Shown here piece after piece: positions 61,403 through 64,000 of a stretch of 64,000 nucleotides of DNA (position 1 is the stretch's first letter; each line of letters starts with the position of its first letter). The position numbers and the translations under genes are program-made. Origin of the DNA: an uncultured Chloroflexia bacterium (GTDB lineage: Bacteria; Chloroflexota; Limnocylindria; Limnocylindrales; CSP1-4); assembly GCA_963833225.1 (NCBI GenBank), contig CAWHXD010000007.1:288001-352000 (forward strand). Direction: 5' to 3'. The notes below the pieces were generated by a model. It had not been told where the DNA came from, did no database searches, and saw only the letters and a program-made list of their open reading frames with translations.

Positions 61403-62212
61403 ATGCGTCGGATCTCCATCCCCTGGCTCGCCATCTCAGCAACCTCGTTCCTCGTGTTCCTCTATTCACCGCTTGCGGTGGCGACCCTCTTTGCATTCAA
61501 CAGCGGGCCGAGCCTCCGGTGGCCACCTGAGGGGCTCTCGCTGCGTTGGTTCGAGCGGATGTTCTCCGACCAGAGGTTCCAGGACGCGCTCATCCTCAGC
61601 TTTCAGGCCGCGTTGCTTACGGCCGTCCTGGCCACGGTGATCGGGACGATGGCCTGCTTTGCCTTCACCCGGTACCGCACTCGGACGGCCGCGGGGGCCG
61701 AGGCGCTGGGGCGACTGCCTGCCCTGCTACCGCCGCTGTTCATCGGCATCGGTTTCGTGGTGCTGATGCGAATCCTCACGTTGACGCCGGGGTTCGCAAC
61801 CATCGTGGCAGGGCACACGGTCGTCGCCCTTCCTTGGGTGATCCTCGTCGTCATTGCCCGCCTGCGGACCTACGACGTCGAGCTTGAGGCCGCCGCGCGT
61901 GATCTGGGGGCCAGCCCGCGGCAAGCCTTCCTGAATGTCACCCTGCCGTTGGTCGCTCCGGCGCTCCTCGGGGCGGCGCTCCTCGGGTTCTCCTGGTCGT
62001 TCGACGAAACGCTTGTGACGGTGTTCACGTCGGGGGCCGAGACGACCGTCCCGATGTTCATCCTCGGCAAGCTGCGACGCCTTATTGACCCGTCGGGCAA
62101 CGCCGTCGCGGTGATCCTCCTCGTCATCCCGTGGCTTGCCTTTGGTCTGGCCGCGATCTTCCTCCGCCGCTCAGGCGGCATCACCGCCGTCCTTGGCCAG
62201 CGGACCCGCTAG
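61403..62212 (+). CDS. ABC permease, PotC-like
   Basis: FLYSPL...AFN, SLRWF, LEAAARDLGA, SFDE. Confidence 0.9.
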   Translation: MRRISIPWLAISATSFLVFLYSPLAVATLFAFNSGPSLRWPPEGLSLRWFERMFSDQRFQDALILSFQAALLTAVLATVIGTMACFAFTRYRTRTAAGAEALGRLPALLPPLFIGIGFVVLMRILTLTPGFATIVAGHTVVALPWVILVVIARLRTYDVELEAAARDLGASPRQAFLNVTLPLVAPALLGAALLGFSWSFDETLVTVFTSGAETTVPMFILGKLRRLIDPSGNAVAVILLVIPWLAFGLAAIFLRRSGGITAVLGQRTR

Positions 62213-62246
62213 CCGGCAACGGCCCCAATGGAGCGATACGTCGACC

Positions 62247-63398
62247 ATGACGCTTGACCCGCTTGCGACCCCCAGCGCTCAGAGTTCGGCATCGGAAGGT
62301 TCGCAACAGGGATCCGGCGCCCTCGCGCTCCGGGGGATCACGCGACAGTTCGGGACGGTCATGGCCGTCAACGGAGTATCTCTTGACATCCCGGCCGGGT
62401 TGTTCGTGAGCCTGCTCGGTCCGTCGGGCTGCGGCAAGACGACGCTCCTCCGGATCATCGCGGGGCTGGAAACGCCTGACGCCGGGGCCGTGCTCATCGA
62501 CGACGCTGATATCACTCGTCTTCCGCCCGAGCGGCGACCATTCAACATGGTCTTCCAGCGCTATGCCCTGTTCCCCCACCTCACGGTCCACGACAACGTC
62601 GCATTCGGGCTCACCATCAACCGGCGGGAGCGACCGCCGAAGGCGGAGGTCGAGAGCCGCGTTGCGAAGATGCTCGATCTGGTGGACCTGGCGGGGTACG
62701 AGGGCCGGTATCCGGCCGAGCTGTCGGGCGGGCAGGCACAGCGTGTGGCGCTGGCGCGGGCGCTCGTCCGCCAGCCCAGGGTCCTGCTGCTCGACGAGCC
62801 GCTGGCAGCCCTCGACCGGAACGTCCGGCACCAGGTCCGGGAGGAGCTGCTGCGCATCCACGTCGAACTCGGAACGACGTTCATGTTCGTGACGCACGAC
62901 CAGGACGAGGCACTCTCGATCTCGTCTCTGGTCGCCCTCATGAACGCAGGTCGGTTCGAGCAGGTTGCCGACCCGGAGACGCTGTACCACCAACCGGCGA
63001 CGCTGTTTGCGGCCCGGTTTGTGGGTGCAGGCTCGCTGCTGGACGGCATTGCCGCTGCCCACGGCCCCGACGGCACGGTCGAGGTGGACCTGCAAGGCGT
63101 GCGCTTCGCGAGCACTGATGCGGGCGCGGAGCCCGGGCAGCCCGTAACGGTGCTGCTGCGACCCGAAGAGCTGCAGCTCGTCGAGCCCGGCACTGGACGG
63201 ATCGACGGCGTCGTCGTCACCTGCACCTTCTTTGGCTCGTACTTCGAGGTGAAGTTGCGATCGGGCCTCGGCCTCATCCGGCTCCGCGAGCGCAGCCATC
63301 ACGAGCCGGGGAGCACCGTGGGGATCAGCTGGCCGGACGACGCTGGCATCGCCTATGCGGCGACGACAAATCAGGGCCAACCGATCGAGGGTGTCTAG
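62247..63398 (+). CDS. ABC ATP-binding protein, PotA-like
   Basis: GPSGCGKT, VFQRYALFPH, LSGGQAQR, LLDEP, VTHDQDEA. Confidence 0.93.
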   Translation: MTLDPLATPSAQSSASEGSQQGSGALALRGITRQFGTVMAVNGVSLDIPAGLFVSLLGPSGCGKTTLLRIIAGLETPDAGAVLIDDADITRLPPERRPFNMVFQRYALFPHLTVHDNVAFGLTINRRERPPKAEVESRVAKMLDLVDLAGYEGRYPAELSGGQAQRVALARALVRQPRVLLLDEPLAALDRNVRHQVREELLRIHVELGTTFMFVTHDQDEALSISSLVALMNAGRFEQVADPETLYHQPATLFAARFVGAGSLLDGIAAAHGPDGTVEVDLQGVRFASTDAGAEPGQPVTVLLRPEELQLVEPGTGRIDGVVVTCTFFGSYFEVKLRSGLGLIRLRERSHHEPGSTVGISWPDDAGIAYAATTNQGQPIEGV

Positions 63399-63556
63399 GC
63401 GGAACGGACCTGGCCAGCAATCCGCACGCCCGTCCGGTCGGGAGACCACATTGCCTCCACGGCGTCCCGAGGCGGAATCAGACCAGGTGGCCGTTCGCAC
63501 CACTTGATGGCGTGTTGAGCCCAGCCGCTCGACGGCTGGCGAAGGAGAAGGCAGAC

Positions 63557-64000
63557 ATGACAAAGAGCGCGACAGTGCGCGACCCTCGTCCGCGCTACCC
63601 GCTGGCAGTCGGCCCGACAGGCCGGTACCTCGTCGATGCGGATGGAACGCCGTTTCTTGTCCACGGCGATACCGCATGGTCGGTCATCGTCGCGACGACG
63701 AAGGAAGAGGCAGAGCGCTACCTGGAGGACCGTCGTCGCAAGGGAGTGAGCGCAATCATCGTCAATCTCATCGAGCGCTGCTTCGCCCAGGACCCGCCGC
63801 GGAATGTGTACGGGGATGAGCCCTTCACGACGCCCGGCGACTTCTCAACCCCCAACGAGACGTACTTCGACCACGTTGACTGGATCCTCACCAAGGCGGC
63901 CGAGAAGGGTCTCCTCGTCATGCTCGCGCCGGCATACCTCGGGTACCGCGATCCGCATTGGGAGGGATATCACAACGCGCCGGAAGGCTGGTACGCGGAA
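63557..64000 (+). CDS. DUF4038 / apiosidase-like (GH140-type) domain protein; 3' end runs off the window
   Basis: Not in the ORF track. Manual translation: MTKSA...GRYLVDADGTPFLVHGDTAWS...EEAERYLEDRRRKG...PNETYFDHVDWILTKAAEKGLLVML; AAGGAG RBS. Confidence 0.78.
   Translation, partial: MTKSATVRDPRPRYPLAVGPTGRYLVDADGTPFLVHGDTAWSVIVATTKEEAERYLEDRRRKGVSAIIVNLIERCFAQDPPRNVYGDEPFTTPGDFSTPNETYFDHVDWILTKAAEKGLLVMLAPAYLGYRDPHWEGYHNAPEGWYAE

Overview
High-GC bacterial chromosomal window. The Tat-lipoprotein solute-binding proteins and an RMSKS-type LeuRS suggest Chloroflexota, but this is inference only. The first ~5.8 kb holds a partial LLM-class oxidoreductase, a cupin, an IS1182 element, leuS (several frameshifts, probably assembly errors) and tRNA-Ala(GGC). 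From ~6.0 kb to the window end lies a ~58 kb catabolic gene island. It contains an lsrR/K/F/E-like module lacking lsrG, a tandem VOC protein, two E1alpha/beta pairs each followed by a free-standing lipoyl domain, and a single lipoyl-less E2 catalytic domain. It also has split and fused transketolases, a transaldolase, an ALS-like enzyme lacking the catalytic Glu, MttB- and URO-D-family proteins, a DMFase-beta-like protein, D-apionate-lactonase-like and DUF4038 (apiosidase-like) proteins, two aminotransferases, three ABC transporters and four FadR-family regulators. A palindromic motif (TTGGT-NN-ACCGGT-NN-ACCAA, plus a 3-nt-spaced variant) recurs 11 times in intergenic regions upstream of operon starts, often beside sigma70-like promoters, suggesting the island is one regulon for an unknown substrate. 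All family calls are from motif recognition by eye; no database searches were run.
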